Assembly: GCA_012295275.1 (NCBI GenBank)
Contig: CM022665.1
Location: 19,220,001 to 19,284,000, forward strand
Reading direction: 5' to 3'
Length of the DNA stretch: 64,000 nt
DNA from: Chrysomallon squamiferum
Lineage: Eukaryota > Animalia > Mollusca
Both the position numbers and the translations under genes were made by a program. Each line of letters starts with the position of its first letter. Position 1 is the first letter of the stretch. Shown piece by piece: positions 27,778-42,502 of this stretch. The notes beneath the pieces are model-generated. The model ran no database searches. It was given only the letters and a program-made list of their open reading frames with translations, and was not told the DNA's origin.

Positions 27778-28858
27778 TTTGCTGTTGAAGAACATTTACA
27801 CTTAATGAGAAAAATCGGTTCCTTTTTAATGTCTTTGTTTTTTAGTTATTATTTTCTTCTTCTTCTGCTTCCTTTCTTCTTCTTCCTATTATTTTTATTA
27901 TCATTATTATTATCAAAAGTCTAGAGCCGGCCCCTTTATTACTATTGCTACAACTGTTACTACTGTTACTACTGTATTACTTTATATAATAAACTTCTTC
28001 AGCGCAAGAAAGCATATTGCAAAGCACACAAATCAGTACTTTGCATGTCACAATATGGCTTCAGCTTAACTCGTGAATAAATCTACTTTGAATAAATAAT
28101 CTGTTTTATAATTGCAGTTTGTCTGAAAATGGAACTGATAACACGCCATTTGATTCAAAGTGAATGGCAAATTGGGGTCTAAAATTTCAGCCGGAAAAAA
28201 CAGTCCAAAAAGAGCAACGTAATCCCGAAACGTAAAAGAATCAAATAAAACTAAAGATTTTAAGCCTTATTAAAATCTTCTCAGAATCTACGAAATATAT
28301 AAACATAAACTGGAAATAACGGAAAGAGAAAAATAAAAGCTGAACATGTATATATTTTCAGTTTCCTGTTTTTTCTTTTTCCATTATTTCCAAACTGATG
28401 GACTATCACTTATATTTTTGGGTAACCCGGTTCATGATAAAGTTTATATAACAAACATAGTTTTAAATAAATATAAATTATTATTAATAAACTGTCTTCC
28501 AGTTTAATCATCTTATCTTTTATTCGTTTATACAAAGGTGAGCGCGTTTGCTGGATTACGAAGAGTTTATCAATGAATTTTTATGTTTTATATGTTTAGA
28601 TTTATTTATTTAATTTTTTGTTCATTTTAATTCTAACAACAACAGCAACACTGTTTTTGGAAAATTAACATTACGAAGAAAAACTCAGTGTGGCAAACCA
28701 ATGTGTTTTCGATGCCAATAGCGAAAAAAAAATACAAATAATAAAAATATAAATTTTTGAAACCATCAGTCTCAAAAATTTTGAAACAGAAGAAACTTTA
28801 GAGTTATCTTCCTTTGATCGATTTACATGTTTTTTTTGTGTTTTTTCCACTGGTGTTT

Positions 28859-28894
<36 letters not shown>

Positions 28895-30271
28895 TAATAA
28901 TGTGATTTTAAATAATAGAAATGAATATACCATGAAACTTAAATGTTTGCTTAGAATTTTTAATTTGCTATGTAAGGTCGTCATAATTTCAGTTTTCATT
29001 AGTTCTTTTTAAAAGTATATATTTATTTATTTTACACTATTTAATATTATTTAAGTTGTATTTCAGTATATATATTAATTTTATATTATTTCATTTAAAA
29101 TCTCAAAATGCCATGTAATTTTATTTTATTATTTATTCTTATTTTATTGAATGTTTGTTTATTTACTCTATTTTATTTTCTCATCTAATTTATTCACTTA
29201 CTGCCACTACTACAGTTGTTGTTGTTATTACAACTATTGTTGTGAAATACTTCAAATCACTCCAGTCAAACAACAGACAGGCACATATTTAACCTGCAGG
29301 TTTTATTAACAAGAAATTATGTTAATGGAATTACCTCTGTACAGATTAGAGGTTATTATTTTCTTTACAGAATAAATATAATTAAATAAACAACAGCAAC
29401 AACAACAACAACCAATAATAATAGTAATGATGATGATGATGATGATATGATGATAAATGGTGTGTACGTGTTTGTATGTGTGTTAGAATGTGTGTTCCAT
29501 ATGTGTTTGTTTACAACTAGATTAAATATGAAACAGCTAAAAGCTTTCAGTTCTTATTGCACAAAATAATATATATTTTGAACACTGATCATTATAATCT
29601 AATTCAGTTCATTAATACACTGAAACAGAAATGAGAAATTTCTTGCAAGTTATGTATTCGTGTCAATTTTAGAAACAATTAGAAATGTATTGTTATTAAT
29701 GTAAATGAAAAACGTTTGTGTTTTTGTTTTTTTCATTTTCTTTTCTTTCTTTTTTTCTTTTTTCATTTTTCTTCATAATTATTAAATAATGATTATGATG
29801 ATGATGATGATGATGATGATGGTGTTGGTAGTGATTATGATGATGATGGTGATAAGATAAACATTTCTACTACTATTACTATTACTACTCTACAGTACCA
29901 GTCCCTCTAAACACTACATATAATATATTTATGTTGTTGTTTGTTGGTCACGTTATTAGATAAACACTGATTCCGCAGCCTAGCACTAACTGGTATTTTT
30001 AATTAATGTTTTAATAAGATTTTCCAATAACGTAGCGAATATATATGCTCATCAGTTCGAAAGTATATCATCAAAAACTGTAATTAATGCATACATAATT
30101 CATTTGAACACTATCGATTTCCAGTAGTCATAATTAATATTTCGCAGCCGATCATAGTGTACAGGCATATTATTTAGCTGTTATGATGAGTAAAATGATA
30201 TACATATGTATAATGTTTCAGTTTTAACAAGCAATTTTTGTGGATATATTAATTCTAAATATTAAAACACA

Positions 30272-30274
<3 letters not shown>

Positions 30275-30354
<80 letters not shown>
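30275..30354. repeat. (AG)n microsatellite; similar tracts at 31361-31442, 35637-35721, 37657-37758 and 60772-60875
   Basis: Direct reading; source of the ERERE/SLSLS ORFs. Confidence 0.95.
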
Positions 30355-30358
<4 letters not shown>

Positions 30359-31356
30359 GAAAAGACAACATCAACAGATAACAACAAATAATAAAAGAGG
30401 AAAATGTAATACCAATAGTAGTAGTAATGTAATATAATAGCAATAGTAATAACAGTCACAATAATAGTAATATTACTGATAGTAGCAGTAGTAGTAATAA
30501 TAATGGTACGTCCGTATTAACAGAAGTAATAATAGTGATTGTAGTAATAATAGTGGTAGCAGTCATAGTAATAATAGTAGTAGTATTTGTTTGTTTTTGG
30601 TTTTTATTTTGTTTTCTTTTTTTCTTTTTTTCTTTTTTTTTTTTCTTATTTATTTTTTCTTTTTTCGTGATTTTTTTTGTTTTTGTTTTTTCTTTTTTGT
30701 AAGAAAGAAACGATTTCCAAGAATACAGAAGCTTATTAATGTTGTCATAGCAACTGAGAATTTCTGCACTTAGAAGAACGTTAGTCATAAGTTTATTTTC
30801 AGCTAGAACAGATCCGGACGCCATCAGAAGCTCCAGTGAGGAGCTAATTGTGAGCGAACACGACCGAACCCGTTCATCATAGCGGTCGTGTTGCTCATTC
30901 AGAAACAACCAGCTGATTACTTCGGTAGAACGTGCGAACTCTTTTTGTTGTTATTATTAGAGAAACTCCACTCCCTTTGTGCGATCGTTTCCTTAACAGA
31001 ACATGAACAGAGACAAGATCAAAAGAATGACGTATTGTTAAATTATATATATATATAAATACATATAAACATTTGTGTTTAAATAATGGATGGATGTTTA
31101 TATATAAGTATTAAGATACATAATAACAGTATGGTCTGTCGTGCAGATGTTCCATAAATATGCATTGAAATATGTATTGAGATATACACACCTACTATTA
31201 CGTAGGAAACATTCACGAATTTCTGTGTCATGAAAAAGACGTCAGAAGGATTTGTGGTTTATGTCAGATACAAGTGAAGGTAGTTTCAGAACATTATTAC
31301 AGTTGTTGTTTTATTATCATTATATTAAAAATACATAGCTAGAGAATTAGCGATAT

Positions 31357-31443
<87 letters not shown>

Positions 31444-32081
31444 ATTTAAAGTATTTACAAAATAAAACCGATGAAAGATAAACATATATAAGAAATAGTT
31501 TTAAATATAATAGTAATTTTATTATTATGCAACTTTGGAAATTATTGCGTAGAAAAATAGAGTGAATTGCATGTTTACTCAAACACAGTGTATATATCTG
31601 AAATCGGAAACATTTCATGGCCTGAATAATATTTCTCTCACTGAAAAGAAACTATACCATTTTTAGTTAAATTTCATTATCTTTCTAGTCTTTCGAAATA
31701 ATTAACATTCTTAATTAAAGCAAATATGTATATATATATTAAAGGAAAAGGGATCAGATCACAAACACACATCATTATCATCATCAGCAGCAGCAACAAG
31801 TCTGCATCCACAGACTGTGAAAAGTTTTGTTTTAATTAAATTTATTTTATTATTATTATTATTATTATTATTTTATTATTATTATTATTTTTATTATTAT
31901 TATTATTTTTATATATAAATCATGGAACTGTACTGGTAAAATTTCTTACATATGTAATATAGATTATTATTAATATGCCCTGAACTAAGTTGTTAAGCCA
32001 CGTTCAGATATAATAGTATTCTGTTCGAGAAAATAGGTCAGCATGGTGTTAGGATCTTTTTTTTCCTCGTAAATAATAACA

Positions 32082-32285
<204 letters not shown>

Positions 32286-33374
32286 ACCCTAAGCGCCTGT
32301 GTCTATAACATAATAACGAAGTGAATACTGATCAATATTATAACATCATTAAAATCAGTATATTCTGCTGTTTTGTGTTTGCTAACGCGGTGTTGATAAC
32401 GACGGAGATGGTGGCTTTTTGCACGCGCATGGATCGATGCTGCTGGGAGTAAAGGTTCAGTGTGAGTCGTAGCGTGTTTCTCAACGGACTCCAGCCTCTG
32501 CCCGCATGAAAGAAAATGTATTGATTTATTCTACTGCATTGTGCCACGGGTCTGTTCGGTTAACGATGCTCTGCAAACGTGAATGAACGACCAGCGAATG
32601 AATGGAAGCTTGTGTGAATGAACGAACGAATGCAGGTCAATTGAAAAAAAAAAAAAAAAAAATGTATGGTGAATGAAAGAGACATGTATGAATGGTTTTA
32701 TGCAGAAAAATAGTTCCGTCTAATTCATGAATCACATGAAAACTGGACAATGTGTTAATCATTGGACCTGCGTAGCATTGCTTGATAAGGAAAACAAAAC
32801 ATGTACACTGTGTATTAATCAGGCCGGTATACTCATTGTCAGTACGACAAATAACCCAGTAGAAATATGGCAGGCTAGACTTCTGCAATGATGATTGTAA
32901 AACGGTGTTCATTTAGTTCATATAACACTGTATACTGAGACAAACAATGTATACAAAATAAATAAATAAATAAATAAAGAGTGCATGCATATGTGTGCGA
33001 ACATAATCATGGCAAGAAACATTTTATACAAGTCAAAGAAGTAAACATTTCATACAAGTCATGTGGTATTGATTTATTTAAAATTAATAGATGGGAAAAG
33101 ACCTGCCTGGTTTTAATATACCAATCTCTATCATATTTAGGATCACCGTGGTCTTGTAGCAAAATCTGTGAAACTCCCCCAAGTATTCCTTTTCTTTGAT
33201 TATAGTGTACAACAGCTTTTTCGTCATCTTCTCTTTAACATCAAAGATATGTCCTCTTTGGATAGCCATTATCAGGTTGCTCCGTTTTGTGTGGAATGGA
33301 CAGTTCGTAATTCTCATCATGAATTTGCTTTACTTGTTCATTTCATATTGAACAACCACCAGACACCAGTTTGG

Positions 33375-33669
33375 ATTGTCTTTCTTTATTTATTTCAGTA
33401 GGAAGCTCATATGCAGTGACCATCCTGAGGGGTGAGGTCGTGGAACCGAGCAATTCCTTTGATGGCTGGAGAAGCGGCAAACATCTCTTTCAACGTGAGG
33501 GCCTCATTTCTTCTTCTTTTTTTTTATATCGGAGGTACTGACATATACCGTGCCCCAGACGTTTTAACAAATGATAATAATCATAACAATTCGATTGTCC
33601 CTGGCGGGACTTGAACCCAAGGTTTCTGGATTAGGAGATCAGGCCACTTACCAGTGCGCTACGGTAACC
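33375..33669 (-). mobile_element. tRNA-Arg(CCT)-derived SINE, or a tRNA pseudogene head with a downstream body
   Basis: Minus strand 33669-33597 reads GGTTACCGTAGCGCACTGGTAAGTGGCCTGATCTCCTAATCCAGAAACCTTGGGTTCAAGTCCCGCCAGGGAC. It has A box TAGCGCACTGG, B box GGTTCAAGTCC and anticodon loop CTCCTAA, but the acceptor stem does not pair. About 200 nt of body follow, with an A-rich end. Confidence 0.65.
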
Positions 33670-34621
33670 ATTACATAAAAATTGTCTCTTGCGGTGTACA
33701 CGTCTCTATACACTCTTGGAGGGTATTCTACTTTAGCCTGCTAAATAATAGAACGGTTGATTAATGGACGAGATGATGGCGTATACTGTTACGTACAGTT
33801 TGACGGGTGGTTATACTGATCGATGTAAAACTGTTCAAGATTAGTCTGAACATACATTTTTATTTTAATTTTTTTCCTATTTTCTCTATTTGTCTATTCT
33901 AGGTGAACCTTAAATTACAGGTAAAGAATACTGAATATCTGAAATAATTATATTACCAAATAAATATCTTAATATTAATTCGATACCTCTGTGTTTTCTC
34001 AGCCCGTCCATGCATTTGTCATACATTCATTCATACATACATAAATGTTTATACCTATGTGATTTAACTCATATAGATTTAGTGCCAAAAGCAGATGTCT
34101 CCTTTGTTTTATTGAATTCGTCGTAATGTCAGAGCGACCTTAAAAACTGCAGCGTATCAAACTTTCTATAGCCAAGCTATTGTCACAAACGTAAAATTAA
34201 ACATCTTCATGTATACATCGATGTTCTGTTTCTAATAAAACATAAAGACAGGCAGTATTTGACATTTTAAAACGTAGTGATCATTACCGACAGTTGTACG
34301 AATCTAATATTTCATCAGAGTGTAACAGATTGAAAAATCTGAATGGACTGACAATACACACAATCACGCAATGACCGAACTTTCGTACACTGACGTTCTT
34401 AAAAATGATAAAACATATTAAATGTTTTGCTGATGATAGCAAAAGCAGACTGTTGCAACCGATGTTAAACATGGAGGCCATGAAAAAAAAAAAAAAAAAA
34501 AAAGAAGAAGAAAAAAACGCAGTCATACTTGACAGTCTGTTTCCATGATGGCACTTGATTGACATTTAACAATAATATTTGTAATAAAACATATTTCAGT
34601 TTCATGTCATTTTAGTGTTTA

Positions 34622-34696
34622 TAGACCGGCACTCTGTCTAAAACGGCATATATAATTGGTCCCGAGTGGGGTCCGGTTTTGACTGAATCCACTGCA
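34622..34696. mobile_element. One end of a Tc1/mariner-pogo-type MITE
   Basis: tagaccggcactctgtctaaaacggc...ggtcccgagtggggtccggttttgactgaatccactg resembles CAGTG-terminated MITE ends with internal aaaccgg repeats. The partner end was not found. Confidence 0.4.
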
Positions 34697-35634
34697 CATA
34701 TATATATACATAAAATCTTTAACTTCGTACCAACATTTTGCTCCCATAATTACACTGCCAATCACGTGCTTCTACTTTAAAGGCCAAGGCAAAATATTTT
34801 AGTAAAAGTGACAACATTATTGTATCCGGAAGCAGAGCTTCCTGGTGGTTTGACAGGATGAAAATTTCAAAATAGCTGAGTGCGCATGAGCAAGTATCGC
34901 ACTGACATGTCAGTGATGACATAATGTCATAAAGTTGTCACGTAGTTGAAGTGTACATTGTAGAAGTTGACAGGTTCAGAACTACGTTACAACTCAGTTA
35001 TAATGCATTGTAAATCAAATCGTACTGGAACTTTGTACAGTTTAAATAAACGCGACAGAATTTGAATGCATTGGGTTATTTTTTATTGTATTCAGATTAT
35101 TAATATAGATTTAAATTTCAGTTGGATAAAGGCGGATTAATACGATTATATATATAAATGTAAATAAAGCACAATTAATGCAAATCAGAAAAAAGCAATT
35201 GTTAAAAAAATCCACTTTACTTATACATGTAAAAAGTATATAATTATAATTATCAACATCATTGTCGTCGTTTTTATTATTATCATCTACATCATCATCA
35301 TCATCATTATTACTGTTGTGGTTGTTATTGTTTGGTTCAAATTCTAATTCTTTTTTTATCTTCTACGTTTGTCAGTTAAAAAACTTTTAGAGATAGTGTT
35401 CCTTTGCCGAACATTTTTTGAAACAAATAAAAGCTACAATTACTCTATTTATTATAATTTCTGCAGTTAAAGAAAGAAAAACGAAAACAATTTGTTTATA
35501 AAAGAAGTTGATATAATTAAAAATATATTAGTCTTTGTAAGATTGGTACCAGTTGTTATGTTAAAGAAAATAAATTCGTACACAATTTAAAAAAGAAAGA
35601 AACCACGGAAAACGCTTTCCAGCTATGTATCTGG

Positions 35635-35725
<91 letters not shown>

Positions 35726-36659
35726 GTGTGTGTGTATGTGTAGATAGACGGACAGATATGAAATACATGTTGGCAATAAGATGTTGTTAAATTGATAGAT
35801 GACGGTTAGGATGCAGGTACAGGACTGTTGTAATCTATCTTTCTGAAAATGACAGGTGTAAAAACATCGCTTTGTTTATAACGTTATGACGACCTCAGTC
35901 GACTAATAATAGACACGGAAGTGAAGTACTGTAAAGATGAGCGCTCCAATACATCACTGGTGCGTGGGCACATCTATTTGCAGTATAGTAAGGACAGTTT
36001 TATTGTTTGTGGTTTACAATGCATTCGAATGATTTTTTTTTTCGCTTAGCATGTTTCTTTATCTTGTTAATGCGCCCATCCATGAACACACAATTTGTGG
36101 ATGTGTTTTGGGTGTTTTTTTTTTTTTTTTAAACAATAAAAATTAAGGTTAAACCAGATTAAGAAATGTTTGTTAAATGATCTTCTAACGTGAGATTAGT
36201 TAAAGAAACATTGTTTAATTTGTAACTAGTCGGTAGCATATTAATGCAACATTCCCCCCCAACTCTCTCATGCTAAATTTTAAAATACAAATCAGAGATT
36301 TAGCATATTACTATTTCAATGAACCACGCAATGTATGTAACCCAATGTAATCAAACCAAAATGCATACATAACCGTCATTCGCGATTCAGTTCCAGACTT
36401 TCTCAAAAAAAAAAAAAGGAGCAAGGAATGACCTATCCACCACCCCTAACAATTTTTTTTTTTTTTTTAAATAAATAAATAAATAACAACAAGAACAACA
36501 ACTACAACAACAACAACAATAATACTAATAAATAAATAAATAAATAAATAAATAATAAAATCAAATGAAAACAACAAAGAATAAACAAACAAACAAACAA
36601 ATATGCCAATCCCGGCTATTCTTGTATTTTATTGCTTTTAGTATTCTTTTAACTTTAAT

Positions 36660-38260
<1,601 letters not shown>

Positions 38261-38347
38261 CGAAATGTGAATGCCGTTTAAATATATATATATATTGTTC
38301 ACCCATGTATGTATGTATATATACATATGTGTGCGTTTCTGTGTGTG

Positions 38348-38392
<45 letters not shown>

Positions 38393-40492
38393 AACACACC
38401 TTTGTGTGCCAGTATTCTGTTAAAAGAAATAACATCAGCTTTGGAACATGATCTTAATTATAATCACTTCATTGCACTTTATTGCATCATCCTGTTTCAA
38501 ATACTGTATAGCCTTTCCGACTTACTCTATTCACCATATACTGCGAATATAATTCATGTGACGTTTACCTTATCGTGTGCTAAGACTACTTTTATTTCTC
38601 TTTAAATTTATGAATAAATTTTTAATTAGTTTTTAAATTTCACCTCATTTATTTTATTTCAAGCGTAATTGGCTAAATTAATACGCGCGCGCATATCACA
38701 CATGTATAATATATACGTTCAGAGATCATCCGCGTGATAAATATATAACCACGACGTACTTGGCAGAGAGTTAACCTGTCCAACATACGCGAGTCGACTG
38801 GATAAAGTTGGAATAATGTTTTGTTCTGATGCTATCGCGACTCACTAATTCGAGTCTCACGCCGCAGTTTGTCTCACTGCAGTGACGTCAATGGGAGCTA
38901 TTTTCGGATCCCAACTACTAATCATGGTAAACAGACGTAGTAATGATGAGAAAAACAGATCGATGGAAGGAGTCGATCTTCAATGTCATTCAAAAAAAAA
39001 AAAAAAAAACTACACCTCTGTTGTTTGTCTACTGTTTTAATAATTTAATGCACTGTAATTAATACAGACCCTCGTGCAGTATCAATCATCTTTGTGTTTG
39101 ACTCCCAATATCTATCGCGGTAACCCAGTGTGAACCCAACATGCCTAAAATGGTTGCTTCGATATATATAACTTGATTTAATTCTTAAAATTAAAAATAA
39201 AAGATGCAACATGAAGAGTAGAGAATGGACTACATCAAATTCGTCAATAATATGTTAAGGCTTTATAAAAAAAAAAAAAAAAAAAAAAAAAGGATAGATT
39301 TAAAGAAAAACAAAAAGTTCACATTCTGAAAGCAACTAGCCAGTAAGATATTCAATTTCATACTTGTTTATTTAAAAGTGTCAGCTCAGTTTGCCTTTCC
39401 TTTTATGCATTCACAATATCAAAAATCAAATAATGTATTAATAATCAAATCTCGCAAAGATGCAAACAACAGCAAGTTTTAAAAAATAAGAAATACGATG
39501 AACGAAACACACAAAGACGAATTTGTTAAAAAAAAAAAAAATAATAATAAAAATAGATTCAACTTTCTTGTTGTTAGTTAATAGCTGTTTTGGAAACGAC
39601 CGATTATGCAAACTTTTTGTGACATAATGAAAAAGTGATGTGTATATATATATATATATGATATAGCAATGCATAAAACACATACAATTAGTTCACGGAA
39701 GAGAAATGACAAAATGCTAATAACATATTACAGATGCATGAAAATAATAATAATTATAATAAATAATAAAATGAAATAAAATAAGCAAAATATACATATA
39801 TAAAAAAATCTCTATTGTACTTACATTTCTTACTGGCGATGTTGAATCATGCACGTTACAGCTCTGTATCTGAGCTAACAGCATCCAGTGCGCGTTTACG
39901 TCGTCTTATTGATCTAAATTCATTTCTACGCAATCCGTTGCCGTTGGAAACCGACTGCTAACTGATGCAGAACACTTATTTTTAAAGGATCATGTTTATA
40001 TATATATATATATAAAAATGTATAATAATAATAAAGTTCAAAAAACAAACATTTCAGATGGCAATTTTATCATCATCGTCGTCGACGTCATCAACACTAT
40101 CAACATCATCTCCTTCTGCAACATCTTCGACACGTTCGTGTAGAAAAGCAAGTATTCGTTGCCGCAGTGCATCTATAGCGGAAACGGCGATCGTTCACGG
40201 AACGATTCCAGACTTATCTACACAAATTCTTATTTCAGTCTCAAAGGTTGCTGGAGGAAAAGCTAAATCGCTTCCTTATTTACGAAACGGAATAATTTTG
40301 GCCACGGGCACCGCTTCTCAGTCTGAAGCGTCTGTGTGTATTGCAAGTAACAAATATCGCACGCGTATAATCAGACTTCAGTTAAATACTTGATACGTCG
40401 GCGTTCGCTAGACAGAAATCATGAAATTGGCTTGCAAACTGTTGCACTATTCATTAGGATGAACGGGGTGTGGGTGGAATGAAGTTTAGTTG

Positions 40493-40538
<46 letters not shown>

Positions 40539-41639
40539 TCTGTGTGTGTGTGTGTGTGTGTGAATGTGTGGGTGTATCTGTGTGTTAGAAAATTTAGCAA
40601 ATGTAATATCCAGATCTTTAGGTTATTTCAAAATAAAGAAGCTGGTTGCATAGGTGAAAACTTTCCAAAGAAGAAATTAAAGTATTGTAATAATGTTGTG
40701 GTACATGAAATTAGGCGGTTGTTCCAAACAAGTTAATAATAAAAAAATAATAAGGGGAAGAACAACAACAACAACTACAGCAATATATATTTATGTACAT
40801 AACAAATTTCTTTAAAAGTCGAGAGAATAAATTGCACAGTATTTAGTACAGAAATGTGTAAATAAAATGTATTTTTATTTCTCACTGTAGAAAGTTACCA
40901 CGACTGCTGTTAAAAATAATAAGGTATTGTAGAAAATGTGTATTTTGTTGTTGTTGTCTCGTCTACGAGAAAAAATAGTTAACTACATTTATAAAGATTA
41001 ATTATTTAATAATTGTTGTTATTAGTTTGTTGAAGTTTGTGTTAATCCAAAAATTATTTAATAACTTCAAATTTATTATTATTGTTATTATTATTATTAT
41101 TATTAAAGAAAATAGTGTGTGTATGTATGTATGTATGTATATTTGTGAACGTGTGAATGCATACATGTATATATATACATATATATGTGTGTGTATTTGC
41201 CCAGATTACATGTTTGTTCTTATACATAACAATATTATTGTTATTACATGACGTTTTGAGTAGTATGTCTTATTTGTATTTATTTTTTAATTTTATTATT
41301 TTTTTTTTTTCTCCACACATTCCCATCACAAAATATATCCTTGACTTGCCGTCCCATATTATCGAACATAATTATTTATTTACTTATTTGTGCACCGCTG
41401 ATTTTTTCCTATCTGAAAAAATGTATGTAATATAATATTATTTAAAATCCTGCCACCACATTCCTGCGGGATATCCCAAATATATAATTATGAACTTTGG
41501 TTCAGGACTAAATCAAGGGGTTGTGCTCCGTAATACCTGCTGGTCCAGCAGAGCGGTCATTTGACCTTTAAAATGTTATTAGTTAACCAAAATATTAATG
41601 AATGAGTAATAATAATAATAATAATACTTGACGATTTCT

Positions 41640-42479
41640 TAGTTCCGTCCGCGAGAGCAAGATGAAACAAACATAAAGGGCGTGGTCAAACGCCATCTGA
41701 CGTAACGGGCACCATATCAATTAATCTCGTTGCACTTACAGAAGTGCAAATACAAAGTCGCACGAGGTAAACATCAGTAACTAGAAATTAGTGTTACTGT
41801 GTCTTGCTTTCAAGTCCACTGCTTTTTAGAGGGTTATTTAACTACTGGACTGTTCGAGGAGGAACCGTAATTGAAACAGGGTCCCTGTAATTCACTAGTT
41901 GTTTGATTGACAGCAAAAAGACATACTGTAATCTCATTGGCTGCATTAGGAGAGGCGTAATTTACATGAGAAATATCAATGCAATGTGTAATATACATTA
42001 CCGAGAAGCGTCAGTTTTACATTAATTTTAGTGTTTTAAATATCGAATAATTGTATACAAAGTCTTCTTTGTTTCGACACTTTAGGAGGAAATAAATATG
42101 TATCAATGTTATGTACTGAATTTATTCTGCCGTCTCATAATCGAGTGGGCACCATATTTGAAATTGGTCCCAGTGTGGCAACAATGATTATCGAATTAAT
42201 ACGCTTGTGAATACTTTTGCAAGTCTGTCAAAATAAATTAAAGGGATCTTAATTTATAAGTGTACTGTCAATTACTGTGTGTCGTGTTGTGTGTGGATAT
42301 CGACAGAACGGACACGTTGGACGATATGTTGAAACGTCAAAGCGCACTATTTTTATCACTGCGGATTTGTGAAACGAGTGGTTAGGTTTCATTTCCTGTG
42401 TCTTGTCGGGTTATTGTATTTTTTGATTTCATAGAATTGTAGAGACAGAAGAAAATCCCAGGAAAATGAGAAAGAGAAG
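41640..42479 (+). promoter_or_regulatory. Putative SPRED promoter and 5'UTR region
   Basis: CpG-retaining stretch immediately 5' of the start exon. Contains GC-box GGGCGTGG (41678-41685), CRE-like TGACGTAA (41698-41705) and inverted CCAAT (ATTGG, 41936-41940). TSS not determinable. Confidence 0.5.
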
Positions 42480-42502
42480 ATGACAGAAGAAACATTGAAT
42501 GA
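42480..42502 (+). CDS. SPRED: SPRED coding exon 1 (start codon)
   Basis: ATG ACA GAA GAA ACA TTG AAT GA|gtaagt gives MTEETLND; human SPRED2 begins MTEET. Consensus donor, and phase 2 fits exon 2. Confidence 0.88.

Noticed and set aside
30240-30908. ORFs with ERER, SLSL, poly-K and poly-F runs, here and at 14.5-15, 31.3-32.3, 35.5, 37.2-38.4 and 60.7-61 kb
   Set aside because: Translations of microsatellites and homopolymer runs.
33084-33370. Possible transposase remnant (MTKKLLYTIIKEK..DHG)
   Set aside because: Only a weak resemblance from memory; needs a profile search.
33597-33669. Functional tRNA-Arg(CCT) gene
   Set aside because: The acceptor stem does not pair; treated as a SINE head or pseudogene.
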